This document shows, piece by piece, positions 9,641 to 21,079 of a stretch of 64,000 nt of DNA (the stretch's first letter is position 1; each line of letters starts with the position of its first letter). The notes beneath the pieces are model-generated. The model worked only from the letters and a program-made list of their open reading frames with translations, had not been told where the DNA came from and did not search any database. The DNA is taken from contig CACICB010000005.1 in NCBI GenBank assembly GCA_902585045.1, positions 317-64,316 of the forward strand, in the 5' to 3' direction. The stretch comes from an uncultured Pelagibacteraceae bacterium. GTDB taxonomy: Bacteria; Pseudomonadota; Alphaproteobacteria; Pelagibacterales; Pelagibacteraceae. The position numbers and the translations under genes are program-made.

Positions 9641-11559
9641 TGCCTCAGATAAAGTTATTAGATGGTAACAAAATTTCTTTTACAAAATCAATAAGCGGTT
9701 TTGAGTTATCAAAAAAAATTAGTAAATCTCTGGAAAAGTCTGCTTTAATTATGGAGGTAGATGGCAAGTTAAAAGATTTAAGTCATGAGATTACAACAGA
9801 CTCTAATGTAAGAATAATTACCTCTAAAGACAAGGAAGGTTTGGAGGTAATAAGACATGATGCTGCCCATATAATGGCAATGGCTGTTCAAGAATTATAC
9901 CCTGGTACACAAGTCACTATAGGCCCAGTTATTGAAAACGGTTTTTATTATGATTTCGCCAGAAAAGAACCTTTTACAAGTGATGATTTAAAAAAGATTG
10001 AAAAAAAAATGTCAGAGATAGTTGACAGAGATGTTAAAACAAAAAGAGAAGTGTGGGAAAGAAAAAAAGCAGTAGAACATTTCAAAAAAATTGGAGAAAA
10101 GTACAAAGCTGAAATAATTGAGAGCATCCCACAAAATGAGGAACTTTCAATTTATCATCATGGTGATACATGGCATGATTTATGTAGAGGTCCACATTTA
10201 GCGTCTTCAAGTAAAATTGGGAAAGCTTTTAAATTAACCAAGGTATCTGGTGCTTACTGGCGAGGAGACTCAAATAATGAGATGTTACAAAGAATATATG
10301 GAACTTGTTGGAGTTCAAAAAAAGATCTAGATGATTATCTTAATCGATTAGAGGAAGCAGAGAGAAGAGATCACAGAAAACTCGGAAAAGAAATGGATTT
10401 ATTTCATTTTAGAGAGGAGAGCCCCGGATCAGTTTTCTGGCATGAAAAAGGATGGTTATTATTTCAAAGATTAGTTGAGTACATGAGAATGAAACAAAGA
10501 CTTGCAGGATATAAGGAAATTAATACTCCTGAACTTTTAGATAAGTCATTATGGGAAAAATCTGGTCATTGGGAAAAATTTGGTGAACATATGTTTACAT
10601 CTGAAACACCAGATGAGAAAACATTTGCCGTCAAACCTATGAATTGTCCGGGTTGTGTTCAAGTATTTAACCAGGGTCTGAAGAGTTATAGAGACTTGCC
10701 ACTAAAACTCTCAGAATTTGGTAAGGTACACAGATACGAACCCTCAGGAGCTTTACACGGTCTACTTAGAGTACGAGCCTTCACGCAAGATGATGCACAT
10801 ATTTTTTGTACAGAGGATCAAATTACTGAAGAGTCATTATCAGTAACAAATTTAATTCTTGAAATATACAAAGATTTAGGATTCAAAGATGTAATTTTAA
10901 AATACTCTGATAGGCCACAGCAAAGAGTTGGTGAAGATAAAATTTGGGATAAATCTGAAGCTGCTCTATTGACAGCAATTAAAAAATCTAAACTAGAATA
11001 TATAGTAAACAAAGGAGAGGGAGCTTTTTATGGGCCAAAAATTGAATTTGTTTTAAGAGATGCTATTGGAAGAGATTGGCAGTGTGGCACTCTTCAAGTT
11101 GATTTGAATTTACCAGGAAGGTTAGGTGCAACTTACGTAGCTAAGGATGGAACTAAAAAAATTCCCGTTATGTTGCATAGAGCTTTATTTGGTTCGCTAG
11201 AGAGATTTATCGGAATATTAATAGAAAATTATGCGGGCAAACTGCCCTTTTGGTTATCTCCAGCACAAGCAGTGGTATGTTCAATAACAGATGAGAACAA
11301 TAAGTATGTGAAAAATTTATTTGAAGATCTGTTTAAAGAAGGTATAAAATGTGAAATGGATTTAAGAAATGAGAAGATTAACTATAAGATAAGAGAACAC
11401 TCTTTAGCGAAAATTCCATATATTTTAGTTTGTGGTAAAAAAGAAGTTTCAGAAAATACTGTAACAATCCGAAAACTAGGATCTGATAAACAAGAAACAA
11501 TTAAAAAAGAAAAACTCATAAAAAATATGTTAGATTTAAATAAGTTGCCTCTAAACTAA
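9640..11559 (+). CDS. thrS: Threonine--tRNA ligase
   Basis: TGS domain, DLCRGPH, RDHRKLG, KPMNCPG, GAFYGPK. Confidence 0.98.
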   Translation: MPQIKLLDGNKISFTKSISGFELSKKISKSLEKSALIMEVDGKLKDLSHEITTDSNVRIITSKDKEGLEVIRHDAAHIMAMAVQELYPGTQVTIGPVIENGFYYDFARKEPFTSDDLKKIEKKMSEIVDRDVKTKREVWERKKAVEHFKKIGEKYKAEIIESIPQNEELSIYHHGDTWHDLCRGPHLASSSKIGKAFKLTKVSGAYWRGDSNNEMLQRIYGTCWSSKKDLDDYLNRLEEAERRDHRKLGKEMDLFHFREESPGSVFWHEKGWLLFQRLVEYMRMKQRLAGYKEINTPELLDKSLWEKSGHWEKFGEHMFTSETPDEKTFAVKPMNCPGCVQVFNQGLKSYRDLPLKLSEFGKVHRYEPSGALHGLLRVRAFTQDDAHIFCTEDQITEESLSVTNLILEIYKDLGFKDVILKYSDRPQQRVGEDKIWDKSEAALLTAIKKSKLEYIVNKGEGAFYGPKIEFVLRDAIGRDWQCGTLQVDLNLPGRLGATYVAKDGTKKIPVMLHRALFGSLERFIGILIENYAGKLPFWLSPAQAVVCSITDENNKYVKNLFEDLFKEGIKCEMDLRNEKINYKIREHSLAKIPYILVCGKKEVSENTVTIRKLGSDKQETIKKEKLIKNMLDLNKLPLN

Positions 11560-12105
11560 GTGTCAAATTCTAAACCTAATTACTTTCAAAGACGAACAAA
11601 GCATCAGGGCCCCAGAGCTAATGAACGTATTAGAGCTTTAGACGTTCAGGTAATAGGAAGTGATGGAGTAAATCTTGGTGTAATGCCTTTAAAGAAAGCA
11701 ATCGAGTTAGCTAAACAAGAAGATTTAGATTTGATTGAAATATCTCCAAACACAAATCCGCCTGTTTGTAAAATAATGGACATGGGAAAGTATAAATATG
11801 ATCTGCAAAAAAAGGCAAACCAAGCAAAGAAAAAACAAAAAATTGTTTCTCTAAAAGAAATTAAATTAAGACCGGGGACCGAGACCCATGATTATAACTT
11901 TAAAATAAAAAATGCTAAAAAATTTATTAGCAAAGGTGATAAAGTCAAATTTACAGTTAAATTTAAAGGACGAGAAATGCAGCATACCGAATTAGGAAAA
12001 GAATTGATGAATAAGATTATTGAAGAAACAAAAGATATAGCAAAAGTTGAGAGTGAGCCTAAATTTGAAGGCAAACAGATGGTTATGATAATTCAACCTA
12101 TTTAG
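11560..12105 (+). CDS. infC: Translation initiation factor IF-3
   Basis: PPVCKIMDMGKYKY, KEIKLRP, FKGREM; thrS-infC-rpmI-rplT synteny; GTG start inferred. Confidence 0.96.
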   Translation: MSNSKPNYFQRRTKHQGPRANERIRALDVQVIGSDGVNLGVMPLKKAIELAKQEDLDLIEISPNTNPPVCKIMDMGKYKYDLQKKANQAKKKQKIVSLKEIKLRPGTETHDYNFKIKNAKKFISKGDKVKFTVKFKGREMQHTELGKELMNKIIEETKDIAKVESEPKFEGKQMVMIIQPI

Positions 12106-12123
12106 ATCAATAATAATAGCGAC

Positions 12124-12152
12124 TTGCTAACCTTAGCTATTGCCTATATAAG
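12124..12152 (+). promoter_or_regulatory. Putative sigma70 promoter for rpmI-rplT
   Basis: TTGCTA-17 nt-TATAAG just upstream of rpmI. Confidence 0.45.
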
Positions 12153-12164
12153 TCCGGAACATTT

Positions 12165-12371
12165 ATGCCAAAATTAAAAACTAAAAGTTCAGCAAAAAAA
12201 AGATTTAGATTCACAGCTTCAGGTAAAATAAAGATGCCTCAAGCTGGTAAACGACACGGTATGATTAAAAGAACTAATTCACAAATAAGAAAACAGAGAG
12301 GCACTACGATAATGACTAAACAGGACTCCAAAATAGTTAAATCGTACATGCCATATAATTTAAGAGGATAA
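12165..12371 (+). CDS. rpmI: 50S ribosomal protein L35
   Basis: [14 protein letters not shown]; synteny. Confidence 0.97.
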   Translation: MPKLKTKSSAKKRFRFTASGKIKMPQAGKRHGMIKRTNSQIRKQRGTTIMTKQDSKIVKSYMPYNLRG

Positions 12372-12372
12372 C

Positions 12373-12729
12373 ATGGCAAGAACAAAACGTGGTGTAGTAA
12401 GCAGAGCAAAACATAAAAAAGTTTTAAAAACTGTAAAAGGCCAATACGGAAGAAGAAAAAATACTATAAGAATAGCGCGCCAAGCTATGGAAAAGGCAAT
12501 GCAATATGCTTATCGAGATAGAAAAACTAAAAAAAGAGAATTTAGATCCTTATGGATACAAAGAATTAATGCTGGAGTTAGAGCTGAAGGATTAACATAT
12601 GCAAGATTTATTAATGGTTTGGCAAAATCTAAAATTAAACTTGATAGAAAAGTTTTGGCTGAATTAGCCTACAATAATCCAGAAGTCTTTAAATCTGTGG
12701 TTAAAAAGGTTCAATCCTCCCTTAGTTAA
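12373..12729 (+). CDS. rplT: 50S ribosomal protein L20
   Basis: [32 protein letters not shown]. Confidence 0.98.
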   Translation: MARTKRGVVSRAKHKKVLKTVKGQYGRRKNTIRIARQAMEKAMQYAYRDRKTKKREFRSLWIQRINAGVRAEGLTYARFINGLAKSKIKLDRKVLAELAYNNPEVFKSVVKKVQSSLS

Positions 12730-12778
12730 AAGGGTCTTTGATTTAAATCAAACTTTAATATAAAAAATCAATTACCTA

Positions 12779-13846
12779 ATGAGTGATTTGGATAAAATAA
12801 ATTCTATTTTTAATGCTAAAATTGACTCTGTAAAAACTAAGGAAGAGTTGCAGAATATCAAAACTGAGTTTTTTGGAAAAAATGGTCAAATCACTAAACA
12901 GTTTAAAACTCTAGGCTCATTAGATCCAGAACAAAGAAAAGACCTTGCCTCAAATTTGAATAAAATTAAAAATGATTTTACATATCAGCTAGAGCAAAAA
13001 AATATTGAAATTGAAACTAGTGAAATAAATGAAAAACTTAAAAATGAAAAAGTTGATGTTACGCTCCCAATAAGACCAAGTCGGCAAGGCAAAATTCATC
13101 CAGTCTCACAAGTTATAGATGAAATATCTTCTATTTTTTCAGAAATAGGATTTTCAGTTGCCGAGGGACCTGATGTTGAATCAGAATACAATAATTTTAC
13201 AGCTTTAAATACACCTGAAGAACATCCTGCAAGAGACTTGCATGATACTTTTTATTTAGATGAAAATAAAAAATTACTATTAAGAACACATACATCTCCA
13301 GTTCAAATTAGAACAATGATGTCAAGTAAACCACCTTTTAAAATAATAGTGCCTGGAAGAACCTACAGGTGTGACAGTGATCAAACTCATGCTCCAATGT
13401 TTCACCAACTTGAAGGTCTTCACATAGATAAAGGTATCACAATGGGACATCTAAAAGGTTGTTTGGATTATTTTATAAAGGAATTTTTTGAAGTTAAAAA
13501 TGTAAAAATGAGATTTAGACCAAGTCATTTTCCTTTTACAGAACCGTCGGCAGAAGTTGATATTGGCTATAAAATTGAAAAAGGAAAAATTGTTATTGGT
13601 GAAGGAGATAAATGGTTAGAAGTTTTAGGATGCGGAATGGTTCATCCTAATGTATTAAAAAATGTAAAAATCGATACTAAGAAATATCAAGGATTTGCTT
13701 TTGGAATAGGCATCGATCGTTTAGCAATGTTGAAATATGGAATTAACGATCTTAGAGCTTTCTTCGAGGCAGATTACAGATGGCTAAGTCATTTTGGATT
13801 TGACCCTTTAGATGTTCCAACAAATTACAGGGGACTAAGTAAATGA
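12779..13846 (+). CDS. pheS: Phenylalanine--tRNA ligase alpha subunit
   Basis: [37 protein letters not shown]. Confidence 0.98.
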   Translation: MSDLDKINSIFNAKIDSVKTKEELQNIKTEFFGKNGQITKQFKTLGSLDPEQRKDLASNLNKIKNDFTYQLEQKNIEIETSEINEKLKNEKVDVTLPIRPSRQGKIHPVSQVIDEISSIFSEIGFSVAEGPDVESEYNNFTALNTPEEHPARDLHDTFYLDENKKLLLRTHTSPVQIRTMMSSKPPFKIIVPGRTYRCDSDQTHAPMFHQLEGLHIDKGITMGHLKGCLDYFIKEFFEVKNVKMRFRPSHFPFTEPSAEVDIGYKIEKGKIVIGEGDKWLEVLGCGMVHPNVLKNVKIDTKKYQGFAFGIGIDRLAMLKYGINDLRAFFEADYRWLSHFGFDPLDVPTNYRGLSK

Positions 13847-16245
13847 TCATCACGATTCCCTGGCTCAAAGAACATCTTAAAACGTCAGCTAAAGAAAATG
13901 AGATTATTGACCGGCTCATAAATATTGGGCTTGAAGTAGAAGGTGTAAAAGAAACCTCTGGAGATTTAGGTAAGTTTAAAATTGCTAAAGTATTAAAAGC
14001 TGAAAAACATCCAAATGCTGATAAATTAAAAGTTTGTGATGTTACTACTGGTGGAAAAGAGATTATAAAAGTTGTTTGTGGGGCTCCAAATGCTAGAGAG
14101 GGTTTGATCACAATCTATGCACCTCCTGGCGCTGTAATACCAAAAACTAACTTTGAATTAAAGGTAGCTAAAATAAGAGGTGTGGAGTCTAGAGGGATGC
14201 TTTGCTCCGAAAGTGAACTTAATTTATCCAACGAAAGTGAAGGAATTATTGAACTAAAAAATAAAGAGAGAGAAATTGGAAAAAGCTATTTTAAAAGTAG
14301 CTCGCAAAAAGTTATCGATATTTCCATAACTCCAAATCGGGCTGATTGTCTAGGAGTTAGGGGTATTGCAAGAGATCTTTCATCAACAGGAGTTGGAAAA
14401 TTAATTCAAATAAACAGAAAAAAAATCAAACAAAATATAAAACACCAAATAAAAACATCGATTACAAAAGAAAAAAATCAAGGTTGTGATATCTTTGGAA
14501 GCTGTTACATTAAAAACATCACCAATAAAGAGAGTCCTGAATGGCTTAAAAATAAATTAATCGCCTTAGGTCTAAAACCAATCTCAGCTGTAGTTGATAT
14601 TACAAATTATGTAATGTTTGACCTAAATAGACCATTGCACGCATATGATGCAGACAAAATTAACAAAGAAATTATAGTTAGAAACGCTAAAGAGGGTGAG
14701 ACATTCGAGGCATTAGATAATAAAAAATATAAATTAAAAAAAGATATGTGCGTCATCTCTGATAAATCCGGCATTCTTGGATTAGGTGGAATTATCGGAG
14801 GAACAACCACCTCTACCGAATTAGACACAAAAAATATACTTTTAGAAGCCGCATATTTCAGCCCGTCATCAATAAGAAAAACAGCTAGAGCACTTAATAT
14901 TAACACTGATGCAAAATACAGATTTGAAAGAGGAATAGATCCTGATTCAATCAAAGAAGGGCTAGAACTTGCAACTGAACTTATTTTAAAAATTTGTGGA
15001 GGTGAAGCTAGCAAGTTCCAAATTACTGGAAAGATTAAAAAAAAAAATAAGGCAATCAACTTTCAAGTAGAAAAATTTGAAAAACTGATTGGTATTTCAA
15101 TCACAGCGAATGAAATTGATAAAATTTTATCCTCTCTAGGTTTCAAGTGTAAAAAAAGCTCAAAAGTAATAAAAGTAGAAGTACCAAGCTGGAGGCCAGA
15201 CATTAGTTTGGACGAAGATTTAATTGAAGAACTAATCCGGATTAAGGGGTTTAAAAATATAAAATTAATTAAACCTGTCAAAAATAGAACTCAAGATACT
15301 TTAAATTTTACACAAAAACTTTTCCATTTATCACAGAGATCAATGGCGTCAAAAGGCTATATGGAAATAGTAACTTGGTCATTTACAGACTCCAAAATTG
15401 ACAAACAGTTTTCTAATGGCGAAAAAGAAATTTCAATATTTAATCCAATTTCATCTGATCTTGATGTTTTAAGACGTTCAATTTTTTCTAATTTAGCTAT
15501 TCATCTTAAAAAAAATCAAGATAGAGGGTACGAAGATTTATCTTTATTTGAAATTGGCCCAACATTCTTTGGAAAAAATCCAGGGGAACAACAAATTGTA
15601 GTTGGAGGTTTGAAATCTGGAAAAATAAACAGAAAAAGTTGGTTAGATAAAGAAAGAGATGTAGATATTTTTGATATAAAAAGTGATGTTATGAGAACTT
15701 TGGTTGAGCTAGGCATTGAAGAAAAAAATCTTTTTGTTAGTGATCATACTAAATATTGCTATCATCCTGGAAGATCAGGATCTGTTACACTTAAATCTGA
15801 AAAAGGACCTCATCTAGCTTATTTTGGTGAGATTCATCCAGCAATTATTAAAAAGTTAGATTGTAAAGACAAAAATATTTTTGGATTTGAAATTTTTTTG
15901 AAAAATATTCCTGAACCAAATAAAAAATTTAGACAAAGCAAAAAAAGCTTTCAAGCTTCAGATTATCAAAAATCAGAAAGGGACTTTGCCTTTGTCATAG
16001 ATAAAATCTTCAAAATAGGATCGTTAGAGAAAATCATAAGAGAAGTAGACGAAAATTTGATACAAAATGTATCTACTTTTGATGTTTATGAGGGAGAAAA
16101 TATTCCAAAAGATAAAAAGTCAGTTGCAATTAATGTTACTTTACAGGCTATAGATAAAACTCTATCAGAAAAAGATTTAGATGAAATCAGTAAAAAAATT
16201 ATTGATACAGTAAGTAAAAAAACTGGCGCTACGATTAGGTCCTAA
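13843..16245 (+). CDS. pheT: Phenylalanine--tRNA ligase beta subunit
   Basis: [28 protein letters not shown]; follows pheS. Confidence 0.98.
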   Translation: MIITIPWLKEHLKTSAKENEIIDRLINIGLEVEGVKETSGDLGKFKIAKVLKAEKHPNADKLKVCDVTTGGKEIIKVVCGAPNAREGLITIYAPPGAVIPKTNFELKVAKIRGVESRGMLCSESELNLSNESEGIIELKNKEREIGKSYFKSSSQKVIDISITPNRADCLGVRGIARDLSSTGVGKLIQINRKKIKQNIKHQIKTSITKEKNQGCDIFGSCYIKNITNKESPEWLKNKLIALGLKPISAVVDITNYVMFDLNRPLHAYDADKINKEIIVRNAKEGETFEALDNKKYKLKKDMCVISDKSGILGLGGIIGGTTTSTELDTKNILLEAAYFSPSSIRKTARALNINTDAKYRFERGIDPDSIKEGLELATELILKICGGEASKFQITGKIKKKNKAINFQVEKFEKLIGISITANEIDKILSSLGFKCKKSSKVIKVEVPSWRPDISLDEDLIEELIRIKGFKNIKLIKPVKNRTQDTLNFTQKLFHLSQRSMASKGYMEIVTWSFTDSKIDKQFSNGEKEISIFNPISSDLDVLRRSIFSNLAIHLKKNQDRGYEDLSLFEIGPTFFGKNPGEQQIVVGGLKSGKINRKSWLDKERDVDIFDIKSDVMRTLVELGIEEKNLFVSDHTKYCYHPGRSGSVTLKSEKGPHLAYFGEIHPAIIKKLDCKDKNIFGFEIFLKNIPEPNKKFRQSKKSFQASDYQKSERDFAFVIDKIFKIGSLEKIIREVDENLIQNVSTFDVYEGENIPKDKKSVAINVTLQAIDKTLSEKDLDEISKKIIDTVSKKTGATIRS

Positions 16246-18054
16246 ATGTCAGATATAAACAGAATTCGTAATTTTTCTATAATTGCGCATATTGACCATG
16301 GCAAATCAACTATCGCAGATAGAATTATTCATAAGTGTGGAGGGTTAACTGAGCGTGAGATGAAACAACAAGTTCTAGACTCTATGGACATAGAGAGAGA
16401 ACGCGGTATTACAATTAAAGCGCAAACAGTCAAACTAAATTATAAAGCAAAAGATGGTCAAGAATATGTATTAAATATTATAGACACACCTGGACATGTA
16501 GATTTTGGATATGAGGTTAGTCGCTCTTTATCTGCTTGTGAAGGCTCACTTTTGATTGTAGATAGCACCCAAGGCGTTGAAGCACAAACACTAGCTAATG
16601 TCTATCAAGCTCTCGAGATAAATCACGAGGTAATTCCTATCTTAAATAAGATTGACTTACCTGCATCAGATATTGAGAAAACAAAAAAGGAAATAGAGGA
16701 TGTAGTTGGGATAGAGACAACAAATGCAATTTCTTGCTCAGGTAAAACAGGCGAAGGTATAGACGATATTTTAGAAGCAATAATAAGCAAATTACCTGCT
16801 CCAAAAGGTTTACCAAATGAAAAATTAAAATGTTTATTAGTAGACAGTTGGTACGATAGTTATTTGGGCGTCGTTATTCTTGTAAGGGTTATTAACGGTA
16901 AACTAAAAAAAAGTATGAAAATTAAATTAATGTCAAATAATCAAGAGTATGTAATCGAAAAAGTTGGTGTTTTTACACCTAAGGCAAATGATATCCCAGA
17001 GCTTAACTCAGGTGAAATAGGATTTATTATTACAGGAATAAAATCTTTATCAGAAACAAAAGTAGGAGACACAATATGTGATGCATCCAACCCGATAAGT
17101 GAACCTCTATCAGGCTTTAAACCTAGTAAGCCAGTGGTATTTTGTGGTTTGTTTCCGGTAGATAGTTCAGAGTATCAGAAATTGAAAGATGGACTAGCTA
17201 AGTTGAAATTAAATGATGCTAGTTTTTCATACGAACCAGAGTCTTCAAGTGCGCTCGGTTTAGGTTTCAGATGTGGATTTTTAGGATTATTACATCTTGA
17301 AATAATCACTGAGAGATTAGAAAGAGAATTTGATGTTAATCTAATTACTACAACTCCAGGGGTAATTTATAAAGTTCACAATACAAAAGGTGAAGTCCTT
17401 GATCTACAAAATCCTTCAAATATGCCTGATCCCACTCAAATAGAAAAAATTGAAGAACCTTGGATCAAGTCTACCGTAATAACACCAGATGAATATTTAG
17501 GATCAATAATAAAAATTTGTCAGGATAAAAGAGGAGTGCAGACTAATCTATCTTATTCTGGAAATAGAGCAGTTTTATCTTACGATTTACCTCTTAATGA
17601 AGTAGTTTTTGATTTTAATGATAGGTTAAAATCTGTTTCAAGCGGCTACGCTAGTTTCGATTATGAAATATCCGGTTACAGAGAAGGTGATCTTGTAAAA
17701 TTAGGAATATTAGTAAATTCTGAACCTGTAGACGCATTAGCTATGATCATTCACAAAGATTTTGCTCAAAAAACTGGAAGACAAGTCTGTGAAAAATTAA
17801 AAGACTTGATTCCAAGGCATAACTTCATGATCCCAGTTCAAGCAGCGATTGGCGGAAAAATAGTAGCTAGAGAGTCTATAAAAGGATTTAAAAAAGATGT
17901 ATTAACAAAAATTCATGGCGGCGGTGCGACTGATCGAAAAAGAAAACTTTTAGAGAAACAAAAAAGAGGAAAAGCAAGGTCAAAACAATTCGGTAAAGTT
18001 GAAATACCCCAAGAGGCATTTATTGGAGTTTTAAAAATAAATAAAGAAACCTAA
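16246..18054 (+). CDS. lepA: Elongation factor 4 (LepA)
   Basis: [35 protein letters not shown]. Confidence 0.98.
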   Translation: MSDINRIRNFSIIAHIDHGKSTIADRIIHKCGGLTEREMKQQVLDSMDIERERGITIKAQTVKLNYKAKDGQEYVLNIIDTPGHVDFGYEVSRSLSACEGSLLIVDSTQGVEAQTLANVYQALEINHEVIPILNKIDLPASDIEKTKKEIEDVVGIETTNAISCSGKTGEGIDDILEAIISKLPAPKGLPNEKLKCLLVDSWYDSYLGVVILVRVINGKLKKSMKIKLMSNNQEYVIEKVGVFTPKANDIPELNSGEIGFIITGIKSLSETKVGDTICDASNPISEPLSGFKPSKPVVFCGLFPVDSSEYQKLKDGLAKLKLNDASFSYEPESSSALGLGFRCGFLGLLHLEIITERLEREFDVNLITTTPGVIYKVHNTKGEVLDLQNPSNMPDPTQIEKIEEPWIKSTVITPDEYLGSIIKICQDKRGVQTNLSYSGNRAVLSYDLPLNEVVFDFNDRLKSVSSGYASFDYEISGYREGDLVKLGILVNSEPVDALAMIIHKDFAQKTGRQVCEKLKDLIPRHNFMIPVQAAIGGKIVARESIKGFKKDVLTKIHGGGATDRKRKLLEKQKRGKARSKQFGKVEIPQEAFIGVLKINKET

Positions 18055-19076
18055 TGAAAAAAAAATTATTTATTTTTTCAAATGAAAGTATTTTTATTCA
18101 AGATGAAAAGTATTTTTGTGATAATATAGACTTAAAATCTAGTCCAGAAGGATTAAATAAAAAATTTGAAGTAAATCTTTTTGGTAGAAAATCTTCTAAG
18201 AAAAGAACGCACGAAATAAAATTAAAAAAAATTAAAATTTTCTCTAATATATTTAGCTATTTGTCAGAGGCAATTAAATCAACGAAAATTGAAAACACAA
18301 AATATTTAATAATTTCAATTTCTCCATATACTTTTTTAATTTGTTTGTTTTTAAGAATATTTGGAAAAACTCCAATTGTTTATTTAAGAAGTGACGGATA
18401 TGGTGAATACAATGCTATTCTAGGTAGCTTCGGTAAATTAATTTATCATTTGATGTTTAGCCTTACCTCATTGGTTTCAAACTTAATTAGTTGTAGAAAT
18501 TACATATTAAAAGGAAAAAAAGGCAAAGTAATCTATCCATCCCAACTAGATTCTGTCTGGTTTAAAAAACCTAAAATTCAAGAAGTTAAAAACTTTCAGT
18601 TATTATATGTAGGGAGAATAAGAGTTGAAAAAGGAATTTTTTCCTTAGCAAGTTTAATAAAAAATAAGAGAGATATCTCATTAACCATTGTCGGAGCAGA
18701 AAAGAACACATCATATAAGATTAACCAAAGTAATATCAATATTCAATTAACGCAAAGCAATAAGGCAAGACTAATAAAATATTACGACGATCATAATATA
18801 TTTATATTACCTTCTTTTACTGAAGGGCATCCAATGGTTTTACTTGAAGCCTTAGCCAGAAGAAGACCTGTCGTTATATTTGATGATATCGAACATGTAA
18901 TAGGTGACAAAAAAGGAATATTCGTAGCAAAAAGAAATTTTCTAAACTTTTTTGGAATACTAAATCACATCAAGAAAAATTATAAAAAAATTCAAAAAGA
19001 TATGATGAAAAACAAACTTCCGACAAACAAAGAATTCATTGAAGAATTTGTGAAAGCTATTGAAGACTATAAATAG
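18054..19076 (+). CDS. Glycosyltransferase family 4-like protein
   Basis: [27 protein letters not shown]. Confidence 0.85.
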   Translation: MKKKLFIFSNESIFIQDEKYFCDNIDLKSSPEGLNKKFEVNLFGRKSSKKRTHEIKLKKIKIFSNIFSYLSEAIKSTKIENTKYLIISISPYTFLICLFLRIFGKTPIVYLRSDGYGEYNAILGSFGKLIYHLMFSLTSLVSNLISCRNYILKGKKGKVIYPSQLDSVWFKKPKIQEVKNFQLLYVGRIRVEKGIFSLASLIKNKRDISLTIVGAEKNTSYKINQSNINIQLTQSNKARLIKYYDDHNIFILPSFTEGHPMVLLEALARRRPVVIFDDIEHVIGDKKGIFVAKRNFLNFFGILNHIKKNYKKIQKDMMKNKLPTNKEFIEEFVKAIEDYK

Positions 19077-19165
19077 GAGAGGTGGCCGAGTGGTTGAAGG
19101 CGCACGCTTGGAAAGCGTGTAAACGGGAAACCGTTTCGAGGGTTCGAATCCCTCTCTCTCCGCCA
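19076..19165 (+). tRNA. tRNA-Ser (GGA), 90 nt, CCA encoded
   Basis: Acceptor GGAGAGG/TCTCTCC-G-CCA, anticodon arm CACGC-TTGGAAA-GCGTG, long variable arm AAACGG-GAAA-CCGTTT, T loop TTCGAAT. Confidence 0.98.
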
Positions 19166-19210
19166 TTTTTAACAGTCTTGCACAACTAGGGATTTATATT
19201 AAAATGAAAC

Positions 19211-19229
19211 GGTCGTCGTATGGTCGTCG
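19211..19229 (+). repeat. Left subterminal tandem motif GGTCGTCG-TAT-GGTCGTCG
   Basis: GC-rich octamer repeated with 11-bp period; 17/19 identical to 21083-21101. Confidence 0.85.
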
Positions 19230-19334
19230 GTAAATTAAATCACGTTAATAAAAGCTGATATAAATTTATTAACCCAAATGGGACATTAAAAGTTTTCATT
19301 GAAATTTTTTAAATTTATAACTGATGAATAATTA

Positions 19335-21074
19335 ATGAAATTTTTTATAAAACTTACAACCCTGATTTATCTAATATCTTTAAAGCATGTATATGCCGCC
19401 GATGTTGAAATTTCTGGAACGCAAGCAACTAGGGAAGATCTTCAAGCAAGCTCAACACTAACTATAAGTGGTACGCTCGATGGTGATCTAAATAATATTG
19501 TAAGAGGTTACATTGCTGCAGGCAATGAAATTGATAGTGCAACCGTTGTAGTAGAGTCCGGCGGAACCATACAAGGTAAAAGTAATGCTATAATGGGTAG
19601 GGAGACAGATAGTTTAACAGTCATCAATTCCGGAACTATTGAAGCAACTTCATCTAAAGCTATTCAATTACTTGATGCACAGAATGCTACAATTACAAAT
19701 AAATCTGGCGGAACTATATTTGCTAATACAAATGCTATCGTGCAACAATCTGCTGGCACAGAGGATGCAGAAAACACTACAATCACTAATGCAGGAACAA
19801 TTTATAGTGTTAACGATAGAGCGATTTATTTTTATGACGGAGCAACAAACGCAACTCTTACAAATGAGTCAGGTGGAATTATTTATAACACAGCCTCAGA
19901 TGCTACAGTGCAAATAGATACTAGCTCTACTTTAGTTAATAGCGGAACTATTGATAATAGAAACAGTCCCTCAAATATAGGTATAGCTATAGTTGGTAAC
20001 GACAACACTATTACACTTAAAGGTAAAAGTATTTTAGTTGGTAAAATTGATGGGGGAACAACAACTGGAAACACATTAAAGTTTCAACATGGTGTTGGTC
20101 AAGGTTACTTTTATGAAACTGCAGGAAGCTTTACTTTACAAGATTTAGATGGGAACCAAGTAGTAAAAGGATCAGCAGGATCAGTAGGTCAAGGTGGAAG
20201 TGAAACGTTAGATGAACTTTTAAGTTATAAATCACTAAACATAAGACAATTTATAAACAGATACAAAGACTCAGAAAATTTTTATGATGGTAATGGCTGG
20301 GGAGAAACTTATACCTCTCTTTTAAATCGAAAAGAACATGCCACAAATTTGGCTTTAGAGTACGATTTATTTAATGTGGGAGCTAATTTAATTTCACCTT
20401 TAGAAAATTCAGATTTCATTCTTACTTTTGAAGCTGGAGTTCAAGATTTTGAAAAAGATCATAAAATAACATATCAAAATGTTTCTGCCGGATTGTATCT
20501 TCCAAGCAATAAATATCTTTTAAACTTAGATTCTTTTATTTTAGGTGGAATTACTTTAAAAGAGGGTGAGAGAACAATTTTAACAAACACAACATCATCA
20601 GGTAAATTAGATATAGACAGTAATTACCAAACTTTCGAAGTACATTCTGGTGTAACAAAAACTAACTCCAAGCTTATTCCAAATGTTGGATTAACTGGAA
20701 GTTTTTCAATTACACCAAGTTATGACGAGAGCAAATATTATTCATGGAGAAATAGAAAAGTGGGAAACGTGTCTGTATTTTTTTCTGATAAATACAATCT
20801 TATAAATAATGATAATAATAATTTTAATCTAGGTTGGTTATTAGATTTTAGAAATTTGGTAGGAGACAAATCTCAAGTTTATTCAATTAATGGCACAAGC
20901 GCCACGTACAAACAAGATAATGCTCTTACAAGAGAGATTTCATTAGTTGCTAATTTAGGTTACGAAAAAAAGATTACAGATAATGGAAAATTTACTGCTG
21001 GTATTTCTGCAAAAAATACTAATCAGGATGTTAAAAGCTTAAGTGGAAATTTAGGATTTAAACTAAATTTTTAA
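19335..21074 (+). CDS. Autotransporter-like outer-membrane/surface protein
   Basis: Signal-peptide-like N-terminus (..KHVYA/AD), G/T/N/S-rich repeats (TVINSGTI, TITNKSGGTI, TITNAGTI, TLVNSGTI), amphipathic beta-strand C-terminal half ending GNLGFKLNF. Confidence 0.72.
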   Translation: MKFFIKLTTLIYLISLKHVYAADVEISGTQATREDLQASSTLTISGTLDGDLNNIVRGYIAAGNEIDSATVVVESGGTIQGKSNAIMGRETDSLTVINSGTIEATSSKAIQLLDAQNATITNKSGGTIFANTNAIVQQSAGTEDAENTTITNAGTIYSVNDRAIYFYDGATNATLTNESGGIIYNTASDATVQIDTSSTLVNSGTIDNRNSPSNIGIAIVGNDNTITLKGKSILVGKIDGGTTTGNTLKFQHGVGQGYFYETAGSFTLQDLDGNQVVKGSAGSVGQGGSETLDELLSYKSLNIRQFINRYKDSENFYDGNGWGETYTSLLNRKEHATNLALEYDLFNVGANLISPLENSDFILTFEAGVQDFEKDHKITYQNVSAGLYLPSNKYLLNLDSFILGGITLKEGERTILTNTTSSGKLDIDSNYQTFEVHSGVTKTNSKLIPNVGLTGSFSITPSYDESKYYSWRNRKVGNVSVFFSDKYNLINNDNNNFNLGWLLDFRNLVGDKSQVYSINGTSATYKQDNALTREISLVANLGYEKKITDNGKFTAGISAKNTNQDVKSLSGNLGFKLNF

Positions 21075-21079
21075 TTAAG

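Noticed and set aside
18960-19166. 68-aa minus-strand [13 protein letters not shown]...
   Set aside because: Antisense translation of tRNA-Ser, a well-known spurious ORF.
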